IMG/VR virus record: IMGVR_UViG_3300037873_000007
Span: 1 to 46,737 of that record
DNA from: a virus
Taxonomy: Duplodnaviria > Caudoviricetes
Direction: 5' to 3' (one strand)
DNA: 46,737 nt
Numbering within the stretch: the stretch's first letter is position 1; each line of letters opens with the position of its first letter. A program made the position numbers and the translations under genes. The notes below the pieces were generated by a model that saw nothing but the letters and a program-made list of their open reading frames with translations, was not told the origin of the DNA and did no database searches. Of this stretch, positions 34,958 through 44,648 are shown piece after piece.

Positions 34958-35262
34958 GTCGGAGGCTCCGGGTACAGCCCACCCTCACGGGCTTCGGTCG
35001 GCCAGCTCTCGTTCCCGCCCTTCATACCCTCCTCGAACGGGCCAGCGAGGATCTTGGCCCGGACGGCAGCATCCTTGGCTTCGAGCAACTTCCGGAGTGC
35101 CGTCGATGTCTCGGCACATCTCGGAAGCGTCTGGGCCAGGTGATGTGCCATGGTCTCGAACGGCTGCGAGACTTCCTGGAGCGGTGCACGAAGGTGTCCA
35201 CTCTTGAAGAACTGGAGGATCTCGTAGCCACCCTCCGGCACGTTCTGTTGCTGCATGTCCAT
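34954..35262 (-). CDS. Conserved helical-hairpin phage protein, possibly Acb2/Tad1-like
   Basis: FF..HL...LQEVSQPF...LP...E...ALRKLLEAKDAAVRA; CDS well supported, function speculative. Confidence 0.6.
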   Translation of the reverse strand: MDMQQQNVPEGGYEILQFFKSGHLRAPLQEVSQPFETMAHHLAQTLPRCAETSTALRKLLEAKDAAVRAKILAGPFEEGMKGGNESWPTEAREGGLYPEPPT

Positions 35263-35303
35263 CTCTCTCTTGCCTCCTACAGCCAGTTGACCGTGTTGGG
35301 AAC

Positions 35304-35624
35304 TCAGTAGCGGGAGCCCCGGCGCCGGGGAGCGCTCGCCTTCATCGTCTTCGACCTGCCTCGCATGCCGCCACCCTTGGTGCGCTTGACCGGGGTCGGG
35401 GTGACCTTGCCACCGGACCGGCCCGTGCGCTTCTTCGCCGCCGCCATGAAACTCGGGAGGGGCTTGACGCCCGTGGACTTGGAAGGCTTCTTCTTGGCCA
35501 TCTTGTCAACCCCCTTGATCGTGCCAGCGTTCTTGCTGGCATGGAAGACCTTCTCACCCTTGGCTTTGCCGTACTGGCGCACCATCGCTGCGTGGATCTT
35601 CCGGCCTTTAGCGGTCTTCGGCAT
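35304..35624 (-). CDS. Small Lys/Arg-rich basic protein, 106 aa
   Basis: MPKTAKGRKI..AM..QYG..KGEKVFHASKN.GTIKGV domain plus basic tail; GAGGT RBS. Confidence 0.75.
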   Translation of the reverse strand: MPKTAKGRKIHAAMVRQYGKAKGEKVFHASKNAGTIKGVDKMAKKKPSKSTGVKPLPSFMAAAKKRTGRSGGKVTPTPVKRTKGGGMRGRSKTMKASAPRRRGSRY

Positions 35625-35628
35625 GGTG

Positions 35629-36135
35629 CTACCTCACAAACGCAATTGCCAGCCCAGCAGCAGCAATCGATAGAGCAACAAGCACTCTCATCGCCGTAGC
35701 CGTAGCCTCGATCCTATCGAGTCGAGACTTCAAGTCATTGATCTTCTCGTCCTTCGCATCACTTGACTTCTCGACCAGCGTGCCAAGTGCGTCGATCTGC
35801 TTGGTAACCGCCGACTCCGACTTCCTGGTAGCAGCGTCGAACGCCTCCGTCTGTAATGCGACTGCGTCCTTGGCAGCCTGGAGAGCGGCATCGAGAGCAT
35901 CCTTCGTGTCTGTCTTCTGCTCGGCTGTACGCTGGGCTACGTCCTCGAACTTGTCATCAACGTTCCTGAACCTGTCTTCAACGGCCCTGAACTTCTCATC
36001 AGTCAACTCACTGAGATGGCGAATCTCACCTACGACTAGCTCACGGGTCGAGGCAATCTCTCGGTGGAGCTGCTCGGTGGTGAGGATCGTCGGATCAGGG
36101 ACCGGGCGAGATCCTTTGTCGTTGGGGGCCATCAC
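35629..36135 (-). CDS. Coiled-coil protein with C-terminal TM (lysis cassette)
   Basis: Heptad-rich helix plus VLVALSIAAAGLAIAFV; follows endolysin. Confidence 0.7.
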   Translation of the reverse strand: MMAPNDKGSRPVPDPTILTTEQLHREIASTRELVVGEIRHLSELTDEKFRAVEDRFRNVDDKFEDVAQRTAEQKTDTKDALDAALQAAKDAVALQTEAFDAATRKSESAVTKQIDALGTLVEKSSDAKDEKINDLKSRLDRIEATATAMRVLVALSIAAAGLAIAFVR

Positions 36136-36161
36136 CTCAGCGATAGTAGTCGTACCTTCAC

Positions 36162-36968
36162 TCAGGTGAGGGCGGGGCCGAAGTGGCGGACGATGCGGTC
36201 GTACTCGTCGTCATCGAGGATGACGGTGGGAACGCCGCCCTTCTCAGCCTCTGACCAGTTCTTCGGGCCCGTCACAGCGATCAGCTTGCCGGCGGCGAAG
36301 ATCAGGGTGTGGTCGTTGGAACGCTTGCGGATGAGAGTCATGGAGTCGTCCTCCAGGAGATAGGTGGGGAGTTGGAAGGGCTTCTGGAGCCTCGGGATGA
36401 TGATGGTCTCGATCTGGCGGATGCGCCTGTCGCCTGGGCAGACCTTGCCGAAGCCCTTGGTTGGGTTGGTCCACAGCTCACCCCCGGGCACGATCCCGGT
36501 GTAGGGCTGCTCGAAGTTGCCGGGGCATCCCTGGCGATGGTAGGCGATACCACGGTGCCCGGGCCGGGTGTTGGGGATGAGACGGCGGGGGATGTCGTAG
36601 CGGGTGCAGAGCCAGTCGCAGATCCTGACAATGCGGTCGAGTTGTTGGGGAGTCCACGGGGGAACGTTCGAGCCTGTCCAGCTGGGGAAGTTCTCCCCCT
36701 TGTCAGCGGTCTCGATCGAGATGACGTGGTCGTTGCCATCCCAGTTGGCGTCAGCCTGGAAGTCGAGATCCTGCCACTGACGGGCCGCACCCGAGCCGGC
36801 AATGCCGAAGTGAGATTCGGTGCCGCTGTACCCGTTCTCGTGGAACATGATGTTGACCCCGGCGAAGCCCCCGGCCATCGTGTGGAGACAGATGATGTCG
36901 TGGGCCCGCATGCGGGGTTCCGTCTGAGGCCCGAGCGGGTCCCATGTTGCGTGAGGGCATCTGGTCAT
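36162..36968 (-). CDS. Endolysin, N-acetylmuramoyl-L-alanine amidase (Amidase_2)
   Basis: ICLHT, SHFGI, AN..GN...ISIET, IAYHR, KVCPG. Confidence 0.92.
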   Translation of the reverse strand: MTRCPHATWDPLGPQTEPRMRAHDIICLHTMAGGFAGVNIMFHENGYSGTESHFGIAGSGAARQWQDLDFQADANWDGNDHVISIETADKGENFPSWTGSNVPPWTPQQLDRIVRICDWLCTRYDIPRRLIPNTRPGHRGIAYHRQGCPGNFEQPYTGIVPGGELWTNPTKGFGKVCPGDRRIRQIETIIIPRLQKPFQLPTYLLEDDSMTLIRKRSNDHTLIFAAGKLIAVTGPKNWSEAEKGGVPTVILDDDEYDRIVRHFGPALT

Positions 36969-36992
36969 CCCATCCTCCTTGAGGGTTGAGTC

Positions 36993-38171
36993 CTAGGCAG
37001 CGGCCTCGTAGGCGAAGAGGGTATCGAGGTTGCAGGCCCCTACACCGGACGTGCCCCAGTTGAAGGGGGTAGTCGAATCCCATGCCACACCCGCACCAGC
37101 TGTGAAGATGTTATTGACCTGGGAGCCGCTTCCGAGAATCACGCCGGTACCTGAGAAGACGTTGGCGCCACCACCCTGGGCCCGAGCGGCTGCGAAGCCA
37201 CGCTGGTTGGTCGCCCCGCCGGCCTTCATAGCGACGGGGAGAGGGATGATCACCGTACCGGTGAGGTTGCCGTCGGCGGCCATGGCGAACCCGGCCCAGC
37301 CAACGACGATCCGGCCGAGCTTGAAGAAGTTGCCGTACTTGGTGCCACCCGTCCCGAGATCGAAGGTGCCGTCTGAGAACGAGGCAGGGACGTACGTAGA
37401 GGATGCCTCAGAGGCGAACTTGAGGAGGGTGATGATCCCGTCGGTGACCTGGTTCGTTGCCGAGACGCCACCCGCTGCGATCTTGCCGGCGATGACCGAG
37501 GCAGCCCCGTGAGCAGCTGAGTCGACTACTCCCGCTGCAAAGAAGGATGGGAGATCGATCGAGCCGGCGCCCAGCTCGTGCACGTGATTGGCCAGTGCGA
37601 TCGCAGTACCCGAGCCGGCTGAGAGCACCGTGCCAACAGCGACAGGGGTGCCGGAGACTGGGCCGGCGTGTGTGTGCGTATCCCGAGCCGGATGGGTACC
37701 GGCGCCCTGCGAGGCTGCCTGGTTAGCGACTACTCCAGTGGGGGTGCCTGGCGTCCAACCAAGAGCGGCGAAGGTGTGACGGGCGGCCAGATCGTGTCTG
37801 GTCCCATCGGTCTTCATGTACTGGGTGTGCTCATCCTGAGTGACGTCGAAGAGATGCTGGTTGTACTCGTGAGCCTCTTCCCCGGCGAAGGTGTGCTCGA
37901 TCGACTCACCAGCGGTGTGCCCGGCAGCAGCGGTGCCATCACGGCCACGATCACCCAGAGACGAGATGGTGCACGTGACACCCGTCCGAGAGGCTACGAG
38001 GATGCGCTCCTCATTGAGCCCACCCCGGTCGAAAGTCACCCAGAACTTGCCGTTGGCTCCACCAGCCGGGAACCCAGTGGAGGCGGAGAGGTCGAAGGTG
38101 AGGGCCACGTTGGTGATGTCCGTGGCCAGAGTGGTCGTAGGAGCGTTACCAGCGTGGTCGAGAAGAGGCAT
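36993..38171 (-). CDS. Tail fibre/spike protein, 392 aa
   Basis: RGRDGTAAAGHTAG N-terminal motif, ARDTHTH / ALANHVH repeats, C-terminal G.F.KLG..V beta domain. Confidence 0.75.
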   Translation of the reverse strand: MPLLDHAGNAPTTTLATDITNVALTFDLSASTGFPAGGANGKFWVTFDRGGLNEERILVASRTGVTCTISSLGDRGRDGTAAAGHTAGESIEHTFAGEEAHEYNQHLFDVTQDEHTQYMKTDGTRHDLAARHTFAALGWTPGTPTGVVANQAASQGAGTHPARDTHTHAGPVSGTPVAVGTVLSAGSGTAIALANHVHELGAGSIDLPSFFAAGVVDSAAHGAASVIAGKIAAGGVSATNQVTDGIITLLKFASEASSTYVPASFSDGTFDLGTGGTKYGNFFKLGRIVVGWAGFAMAADGNLTGTVIIPLPVAMKAGGATNQRGFAAARAQGGGANVFSGTGVILGSGSQVNNIFTAGAGVAWDSTTPFNWGTSGVGACNLDTLFAYEAAA

Positions 38172-40051
38172 CAGTTAATCACCTTCATCTTCAAGAGGCA
38201 TGTGCCGTTGAATCCTTTGAGGCCCGAGATGCCAGTGATGACCTTATGATATTCGAGATCGTAGTCATCAATGATCACCGGCCAAGACTGATCTCCCTCT
38301 TGCCATGTCGTCGGCGTCTTGTCATGCCAGAGAGAGTGGATGAATGCCAGTTCGCCGTAGGTATCCATCTCCATAGGGAGGCCCAGCATGTTCTTGAGAT
38401 CTGGAGAGAAGAGGAGAGCAGCGAAGATGTTTACCGTCGGCATCGAGGCTTGGGGCTCAGACAAGAACAACCAGGACTTGATCGTGAGACCAAGGGTAGG
38501 TTCTACGGCGTCCCGATAGAGCTTGAATCGGAACTCAAAGTGGTGGCCTACCAGTTCACCGATGGCCCGAGGGATACCGTGCTGGTTAGGGACGAAGGGG
38601 CCCGTGTTGACACCGAGGGAGAGGAAGGGCCCATTGTCGACCGAGATGAGGGTTTCGTGGCTGCCCTCGCCGGCTGAGTGGGCGAGCTGATAGAAGAGAG
38701 CGATCTTCGCCTCGGTCATCCCGTACGTGATCTCGCCGGTGTCAAGGAAGCCTTCTGCTTCGAGAGTTGTGTCCTCCGCCCAGATGCCGACCTGGTCGAT
38801 AGCGAAGACACGAATGTCCTGGAATGTGACAACCGAGCGGATGTTGTTTGAGCCGCCTTGGGCCATGATGTCAGGAGCGAAGGCGGGGACAAGAAGTTCG
38901 GTGGAGGTGAAGGTCTTGAGGGAGAAGCGACCGAGCCCAGTGTCACCCTCGTGGTTGCCGAGCCCATACCAGACGAACTCACCCTGGCCCTCAAAGCAGA
39001 GGACAGAGAGAGGAGTGTCGATGCGGGCGCCAATACTCAGGTCGCCAGTCTCACGGGCAACGGCGAGGCGGAAGCCCTTGTTCGTGCCGATGCAGATGAA
39101 GTTCCCGAGATAGCCTGAGATCGAGGTGATGATCTCGCCGTCTTCGAGACGACCGGCGATAACAGGGGCGTCGAGCGCAGTGCCGTCTTGTTTGACTGCC
39201 GTGCGGTAGATGAGGGACTTGTCGCCCGAGAACCCGGCCATGTAGATAGCAGCGTCACCTTCGGCGAAGCCGACCCACTGGAAGTCCGTATTGGGCTGCG
39301 TGAAGAGGGGAGCAGGGAGCGCACCACCAGCCCCAACCGTGAGTGCTGAGATGTCGTAGAGAGCGTTATTGTTGGCTGCGAGGAACCGGTTCTTCACGAA
39401 CCCGAGGATCTCGACCGTGCCGGTGATGTGAGCTGCGCCGCCAACAGCACCGGTCGAGCGGGTCGTCTTCCAGATCCCTGCCGCACCATGGCACGTGATG
39501 ACATTGAAGCCATCCGAGGCAATGTCCGTTGGGGCCGTGCCTGGTGTGCCTGTGACAGTCGTGAAGGTAGGAGTGTTGGGGAGGATGTTTGCGGTATAGG
39601 AGATGACCGTGCCGGCGATGACGTAGAGACGATCCCCGACGACTACGAGTTTGAGGTTGGAAGCGTTCGAGAGTGCTTTGGCGTCTGTTGCAGGGAGGAG
39701 AGAGAACTCCCACTTATCCCAGACGTTGATGCCGTTGCTATTGCGGAAGCGGAACTTCGAGGACTCTTCCCGGTCGAAGGTAGTCTGGCCGGCGCCGAGA
39801 TGGAACGACTCACCACCACGACGCCAGAGGCCCTCAGGGTTGAGAGAGTGCTCGGAGGGCTGGGTTGAGTCGTCGGCCTGCTGCCGGAGAAGGGGGACGG
39901 TGCGATGCCGAAGCCAGTCAGGGTTCGTCTCATCGAGCATGTACCCGTGGCCACCAAGAGCAGCAGGAGTGACCTTCTGGGCGGCCGAGATCGTGACGGC
40001 GCCACCGAGGTAGAAGGGCTCGGCATATGGGGCGTCGAGAAGGAAGCCCAC
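38171..40051 (-). CDS. Tail nozzle/stabilisation protein (beta-propeller-like), 626 aa
   Basis: Beta-rich; SFHLGAGQ; lies between adaptor and fibre genes as in podoviruses. Confidence 0.65.
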   Translation of the reverse strand: MGFLLDAPYAEPFYLGGAVTISAAQKVTPAALGGHGYMLDETNPDWLRHRTVPLLRQQADDSTQPSEHSLNPEGLWRRGGESFHLGAGQTTFDREESSKFRFRNSNGINVWDKWEFSLLPATDAKALSNASNLKLVVVGDRLYVIAGTVISYTANILPNTPTFTTVTGTPGTAPTDIASDGFNVITCHGAAGIWKTTRSTGAVGGAAHITGTVEILGFVKNRFLAANNNALYDISALTVGAGGALPAPLFTQPNTDFQWVGFAEGDAAIYMAGFSGDKSLIYRTAVKQDGTALDAPVIAGRLEDGEIITSISGYLGNFICIGTNKGFRLAVARETGDLSIGARIDTPLSVLCFEGQGEFVWYGLGNHEGDTGLGRFSLKTFTSTELLVPAFAPDIMAQGGSNNIRSVVTFQDIRVFAIDQVGIWAEDTTLEAEGFLDTGEITYGMTEAKIALFYQLAHSAGEGSHETLISVDNGPFLSLGVNTGPFVPNQHGIPRAIGELVGHHFEFRFKLYRDAVEPTLGLTIKSWLFLSEPQASMPTVNIFAALLFSPDLKNMLGLPMEMDTYGELAFIHSLWHDKTPTTWQEGDQSWPVIIDDYDLEYHKVITGISGLKGFNGTCLLKMKVIN

Positions 40052-40962
40052 TAGCCACCCGTTCGGTTCGGGTAGCGCTTGGCGAGAACTCGCATCTCCC
40101 GGTCGATGGCCTCGTAGTAGGCGATGGCAAGGTTCCGCACCGAGCCGAGCACGGCCCCGGGAGGAACTTCCTCTGAGCGACGGGGCTCAGGCTGCTTGGT
40201 GAGAAGGTTGCGCTTGATCTCCCCGCCGAACATGCACCTGATGGCTGCCCCAAGAGGAGGGATGTCGTGCGCTGAGTTGTGGAGATGGGTAAGGGTAGTG
40301 ACGTCAGCGTCGGGGTCGAAGGGATCGAGATCGAAGGGGGAGAACCGGGCTCGGTACGAGACCTTGACGGGGCGTCCCGAGGACCCTGCTGACTTGAGCA
40401 CGAGCTGCCGACCGCTCGGGAACTCGGTGAGATCGGCAGCATTGTCGACTTCGTAGAAGCGAGGGGGGATGGTGGGCCAGTTGTTGGCCGAGCCCGACTG
40501 GTCGTGAGAGAGCCGCCAGATGTCGATGAAGTCAGAGGCGACCAGGTCGTAACCAGAGATGGCAGGGCTGTAGTCGAACTGGAGTGAGTTGACCCAGAAG
40601 AGGCCGTGACCTTCGAGGGCCTTGAGACAGTGGTTCAGTTGTTGGGCGATGCGGAAGTCGGAGAAGTCCGGGTTGACGTAGACCAGGGTGCCGGCGGTAT
40701 GAGCAGCTGAGGTAGAGCCATTGGTACCCGGGATGACTGAGATGTTGGTGCCGGGTGAGGAGGAGGTGGGGTCTTCGACGACGTGGTAGATCTCCAGGTC
40801 AACGCAGAGACGTGCGCCGGCCGCCACCCCTGCCCCGGCATAGGAGAGCTGGAGCACGTTGGCGTCGGCAGCGACCGAGTTCTGGAGCACGTTGATGCGA
40901 TCGGGGTGCTCCGTCATGAGGTGTTGCCGGGTCTCCCCGATGAGATCCTGGAGAGTCGTCAT
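40051..40962 (-). CDS. Head-tail adaptor / tail tubular protein, 303 aa
   Basis: MTTLQDLIGETR start; GTNGSTSAAHTAG motif shared with fibre; position. Confidence 0.6.
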   Translation of the reverse strand: MTTLQDLIGETRQHLMTEHPDRINVLQNSVAADANVLQLSYAGAGVAAGARLCVDLEIYHVVEDPTSSSPGTNISVIPGTNGSTSAAHTAGTLVYVNPDFSDFRIAQQLNHCLKALEGHGLFWVNSLQFDYSPAISGYDLVASDFIDIWRLSHDQSGSANNWPTIPPRFYEVDNAADLTEFPSGRQLVLKSAGSSGRPVKVSYRARFSPFDLDPFDPDADVTTLTHLHNSAHDIPPLGAAIRCMFGGEIKRNLLTKQPEPRRSEEVPPGAVLGSVRNLAIAYYEAIDREMRVLAKRYPNRTGG

Positions 40963-40968
40963 GTAGGG

Positions 40969-41115
40969 TCAGCCCTTGTTCTGGCCCCGCTTGGCACCCT
41001 TGCCGGGCATCTTGACCTTGAGAGGCTTGCGCCGAACAGTGCGCTTCGATGAGATCGCACCAGGCTTCTGCGGGCGCTTCTTGCCGCCGTAGTTGGGGAA
41101 GTCCAGGACACCCAT
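40969..41115 (-). CDS. 48-aa Lys/Arg-rich peptide (MGVLDFPNYGGKKRPQKPG...)
   Basis: AAGGAGG RBS before ATG 41115; below ORF-track cutoff. Confidence 0.7.
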   Translation of the reverse strand: MGVLDFPNYGGKKRPQKPGAISSKRTVRRKPLKVKMPGKGAKRGQNKG

Positions 41116-41158
41116 GGGGGTCCTCCTTGAGAGGGTGGGGTTGAGCGAAGCGGAACCC

Positions 41159-41497
41159 CTAGGTGGGGTCTGAGTAGTCGATGTTCATCGGGCGCTGCTC
41201 GACGTCGAAGCGATCCTCTGCCATGCGCTCCCGAGCACGAGCCCCGTCCACACGAGGGACATCGTAGCCCTGCTCGACCAGACGCTTGAAGGCCGGCATG
41301 TCCCGCTCCCACCGACGCTCCCTGGTCAGGGTCTGCGTGAGGGGCTCATCAGGGCATCCAGGGGTGCGGTTGACCCGGCGAGTGGGGAGGGCGGTAGCCG
41401 AGAAGTTGATGGACACGAGGTGTTGGACGTAGGTCAGGTCACAGGAAGGGTCGACGCACGAGGCGGGGTGACCCTTGCGACCGGCGATGAGTGTCAT
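41159..41497 (-). CDS. Hypothetical virion-region protein, 112 aa
   Basis: ATGA overlap; RWERDMPAFKRL...G motif. Confidence 0.7.
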   Translation of the reverse strand: MTLIAGRKGHPASCVDPSCDLTYVQHLVSINFSATALPTRRVNRTPGCPDEPLTQTLTRERRWERDMPAFKRLVEQGYDVPRVDGARARERMAEDRFDVEQRPMNIDYSDPT

Positions 41498-42504
41498 GAG
41501 ATGCGCTCCATCTCGAAGCGGCGGATACGGACCATTGAGCGGGAATCGGTGCCAAGGTGGGCAGAGATGATGCCATTGGTACCGGGCCCGGTAGGCATGG
41601 GGACAATCCCGGTATCGACGTTGAGATCGACAGTCTTGCTGAGGACGGGGTCAGACCAGGAGATGGCGTCAGGCGAGGTACCAGCGGGGAAGATCTTGAC
41701 ACGGATTGTGTTGCCGATAAGTTCCCACTTCCAGCCATACGGGAGGCCAAGCATGGTAGTGAGATCCCAAGGAGAGGCTTGGCGGTTGGCGAAGCCCGAG
41801 CCATTAGGGAAGGCATGCCAGGCCCCAACGTTGAGGAAGGGGATGCCGAAGACGACGTTGTTATTGAGAGTGATGCCCTGGTTCTTGCCGGTTGAGGAGT
41901 TGAACTGGGCCCGGAGGACGACTCCCATCTGAGGGATGATGAGAGCGCCGCCGCCGATGTCAAGACCGAAGGTAGGTGGATCGATCTCAATGACGCCTTG
42001 GGAGTCTGTCCAGCCAGCAGTATCCGAGTGGAGGAAGAACTCTCGTAAGCTCGACTGACTCGGGATAGTGCCAGCGGACAGTTGGATACCGAGCTTGTTG
42101 CCGTTGGTCAGAGACGGAATAGCAGGGGTTGCGTGAGTGCCATCAGCGGTCAGGAGCATCTTGGACGAGAACTTGGAGAGTTGTTCTGATGTCCAAGTGG
42201 CCTTGACAGGGGCGATGTTGATACGAGAGCCATAGCCGGCGGTGATCAGAGCTGCTTCGTCGGCAGCAGAGATGTCGTGAATGTGCCCACCCTGGTAGAC
42301 CCTTTGAGCCTGGAGGAGACCAGGGTCCTCAACTTGGCCAGCATAGGGGTACTGCGACTGGTGCCAGGTGTCGTCTTGGTCCTGCCAGACCGTCTCACCA
42401 GTGGGAAGAGGAGAGTAGTGGCGGAACAGGCGGTCAGCGGGGTTGAGGGAATGAGGGTCACCTCGTGCCTCGCCGAGACCTTCCGGGGGAGTGAAGGTCG
42501 TCAT
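41494..42504 (-). CDS. Virion protein with C-terminal beta-sandwich-like domain, 336 aa
   Basis: N-terminal YQGGHIHDIS....ALITAGYG motif; beta-rich C-terminus. Confidence 0.65.
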   Translation of the reverse strand: MTTFTPPEGLGEARGDPHSLNPADRLFRHYSPLPTGETVWQDQDDTWHQSQYPYAGQVEDPGLLQAQRVYQGGHIHDISAADEAALITAGYGSRINIAPVKATWTSEQLSKFSSKMLLTADGTHATPAIPSLTNGNKLGIQLSAGTIPSQSSLREFFLHSDTAGWTDSQGVIEIDPPTFGLDIGGGALIIPQMGVVLRAQFNSSTGKNQGITLNNNVVFGIPFLNVGAWHAFPNGSGFANRQASPWDLTTMLGLPYGWKWELIGNTIRVKIFPAGTSPDAISWSDPVLSKTVDLNVDTGIVPMPTGPGTNGIISAHLGTDSRSMVRIRRFEMERIS

Positions 42505-42719
42505 GGGTAGGCAGTGGTCGTGTTGAGGTAGTAGCGGTTGCCGACTTGGGTGGCCATGCCGCCGAAGAGAGCCGACTCGCCTACCTTGGAGGGAAGAGGC
42601 TCAGGTGCCGGAGAGGCACCGGGGTTCCCAATCATGAGTGCCATGATGAGAGGATCGCCAGCCGAACCCTCATAGGCCACGAGGTTGAAGGTGCCTTGGA
42701 GTGACTGGAGAGAAGGCAT
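42501..42719 (-). CDS. Hypothetical protein, 72 aa
   Basis: Coupled on both sides. Confidence 0.6.
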   Translation of the reverse strand: MPSLQSLQGTFNLVAYEGSAGDPLIMALMIGNPGASPAPEPLPSKVGESALFGGMATQVGNRYYLNTTTAYP

Positions 42720-43282
42720 CAGGGCCCCGTGTTCCGTCGGATGACCAGGTTGAGAAGTTCCGCCACCCCTGTGTAGGTATCAGCGCCGTCAGCTCCGATA
42801 CGAGAGATGTTGATGCTGTAGACGTTGCCGAAGGCGAATGGGGTGAGGTTGACGTTGGCGACCTGGTCGATCGTGTAGTTGAGAACACCTGCTGCTGCGA
42901 TCGTGGCCACGTTGGCTGTGGCTGTGGCGAAGACAGCCTCTGAGATGTTGTCAGAGAAGAGATTGAACTTCTTGACGTCAATGGTCCAGCGAACCGGGTT
43001 GACACCGGCCGTCGAGCCAGTCCAGACGAACGAGACACCCATGAAGTCCCACCACTTCGGGACTCCGACGACGATGCCCATAGTGGTCGTGGCAGCGTCC
43101 GGAAAGCCGACACGAGGGACACCGTTCGTGACCGGGAAGGTGGGAGCCCCGGCAATGGTCGAGAGTTCACCGGGCGAGAAGAAGATGCCCTCGTTGGCTG
43201 CCACGACTCGGATGGCGTTCTCCGAGGCGTCGTAGACCCGGTTGAGAATCTCCTGGGTTCCGAGATTTGCTCCACCTGGCAT
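42719..43282 (-). CDS. Putative virion beta-sandwich protein, 187 aa
   Basis: GGAG RBS; QEILNRVYD N-terminus; beta-rich. Confidence 0.65.
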   Translation of the reverse strand: MPGGANLGTQEILNRVYDASENAIRVVAANEGIFFSPGELSTIAGAPTFPVTNGVPRVGFPDAATTTMGIVVGVPKWWDFMGVSFVWTGSTAGVNPVRWTIDVKKFNLFSDNISEAVFATATANVATIAAAGVLNYTIDQVANVNLTPFAFGNVYSINISRIGADGADTYTGVAELLNLVIRRNTGP

Positions 43283-43302
43283 GTGAGACTCCGTTCATGT
43301 GA

Positions 43303-43350
43303 GAGGCCCGTCCAGAACCCCCCGGCAGGTCAGGGTTCCGGACGGGCCTC
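43303..43350. terminator. Hairpin after capsid operon (terminator/attenuator)
   Basis: GAGGCCCGTCC...GGACGGGCCTC. Confidence 0.65.
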
Positions 43351-43370
43351 ACTTCTCTCCCCCCGAAGGG

Positions 43371-43628
43371 CTAGTCAGTCGTAGTGACGAGAATCCAAGC
43401 GCTCGCATTGCGAGACCACAGCTCCTCGTCAGCCGGCAAGATGAAGTCGAACATCCCTGGAGGGAGGAAGAACCCCTCTCCTGAGAGATTGACCTCATCC
43501 TCAGTGAAACCGATGAAGGTACCGACTGAGGGAGTATTGATGTGGACTCGGCGAGGGAAGTCCACCTTGTCGATGGCCTTGATAGCAGTGCTACCAGAGG
43601 CCATCGGAGAGGCAATGAAGGCGGACAT
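43371..43628 (-). CDS. Small protein following capsid gene, 85 aa
   Basis: TGATG overlap; beta-rich; possible decoration protein. Confidence 0.6.
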   Translation of the reverse strand: MSAFIASPMASGSTAIKAIDKVDFPRRVHINTPSVGTFIGFTEDEVNLSGEGFFLPPGMFDFILPADEELWSRNASAWILVTTTD

Positions 43629-44608
43629 CAGGTGTTGGCGCCGATCGAAGACGCAACCTCGATGCGCCGGAGAGCGGCCTCACGGAACCGGCCGAAGCCG
43701 CCCATCCAGTACCAGCCGACGGGCACGAAGCGCATCAGCTTGTCCACGACGTTGCCGAGGATGACGTTCGGGATGGGCCCCGAGGCCTCCTTGGACCAGG
43801 TCTTGGCGAGAGCCTGGTTGCCCATCACGAGGACGGGATAGACGTCGACGGTGCCACCGACACCGCCGTCCACGAAGCCGCCGGGGCCACCCTGGCCGGC
43901 TGCGAGGTTGGGGGCGGTGAGACGTGGGGTCACGACCCAAGCCACGCCCTCGAAGAGACCGGTCTCGCCGTTCCAGATCTCCTTGGGCTGGCTGTAGATG
44001 TGCGGGTCACGCCAACCAGCACCACCGGTCTCACCCCGGAAGTCGTACTCGACGGCGCCGGCCATGAAGCCCCGGAAGTAGTTCCCGAGACGCTGCACGT
44101 TGGCGTCGGTCATCTGAGCGACGACCTGGCGAGACTTGGCGCCCGTCATGATGTGGCCGGCGGCGACGGTCACCCGAGAGACGGCAGCGCCGCCGTAGAT
44201 GACGTTGGAGCCGGCGACGAGCGGGTTGCGGGCGAGGCAGTCGAACGAGAGGCCGGCGTTGAAGCCGACGGCGTTGGCGATCTGCTCGCTCACGGTGAGG
44301 TACGACTGACCCCGGATACGGGCCGACGAGATGACGGCGTTGCCGTACTCGTTCAGCGAGATGGTCACCTCGGTGTCGGAGAGCGCCACGGCGTCGATGT
44401 CGGCGTTCTGCGAGAGCGGGGTGATGGCCGGAGCCAGGTCCGTGACGATGTTGAAGAGGACGGCCGAGCCCGGGTGCGACTGACGAGTGGGCCGAACGGT
44501 GGCACACGCATCGAAGTACAGCTCGGGGCGCAGGTCGTAGTAGGCGAGACGCTCGTAGGCCGTTGTGGCCTGCGTCAGCGTCGTGGTGTCGGTGAAGACG
44601 TCAGCCAC
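43628..44608 (-). CDS. Major capsid protein (N4-gp56-like), 326 aa
   Basis: LNEYGN, YDFRGETG..GWRDPH.YS...IWNGETGLFEG, VDKLMRF.PVGWY, LRRIEVASSI; AAGGAG RBS; extreme GC3 bias. Confidence 0.9.
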   Translation of the reverse strand: MADVFTDTTTLTQATTAYERLAYYDLRPELYFDACATVRPTRQSHPGSAVLFNIVTDLAPAITPLSQNADIDAVALSDTEVTISLNEYGNAVISSARIRGQSYLTVSEQIANAVGFNAGLSFDCLARNPLVAGSNVIYGGAAVSRVTVAAGHIMTGAKSRQVVAQMTDANVQRLGNYFRGFMAGAVEYDFRGETGGAGWRDPHIYSQPKEIWNGETGLFEGVAWVVTPRLTAPNLAAGQGGPGGFVDGGVGGTVDVYPVLVMGNQALAKTWSKEASGPIPNVILGNVVDKLMRFVPVGWYWMGGFGRFREAALRRIEVASSIGANT

Positions 44609-44648
44609 AGCAGGGATCTCCTTGTTAGAGCTGTGACGTCATCGAGAG

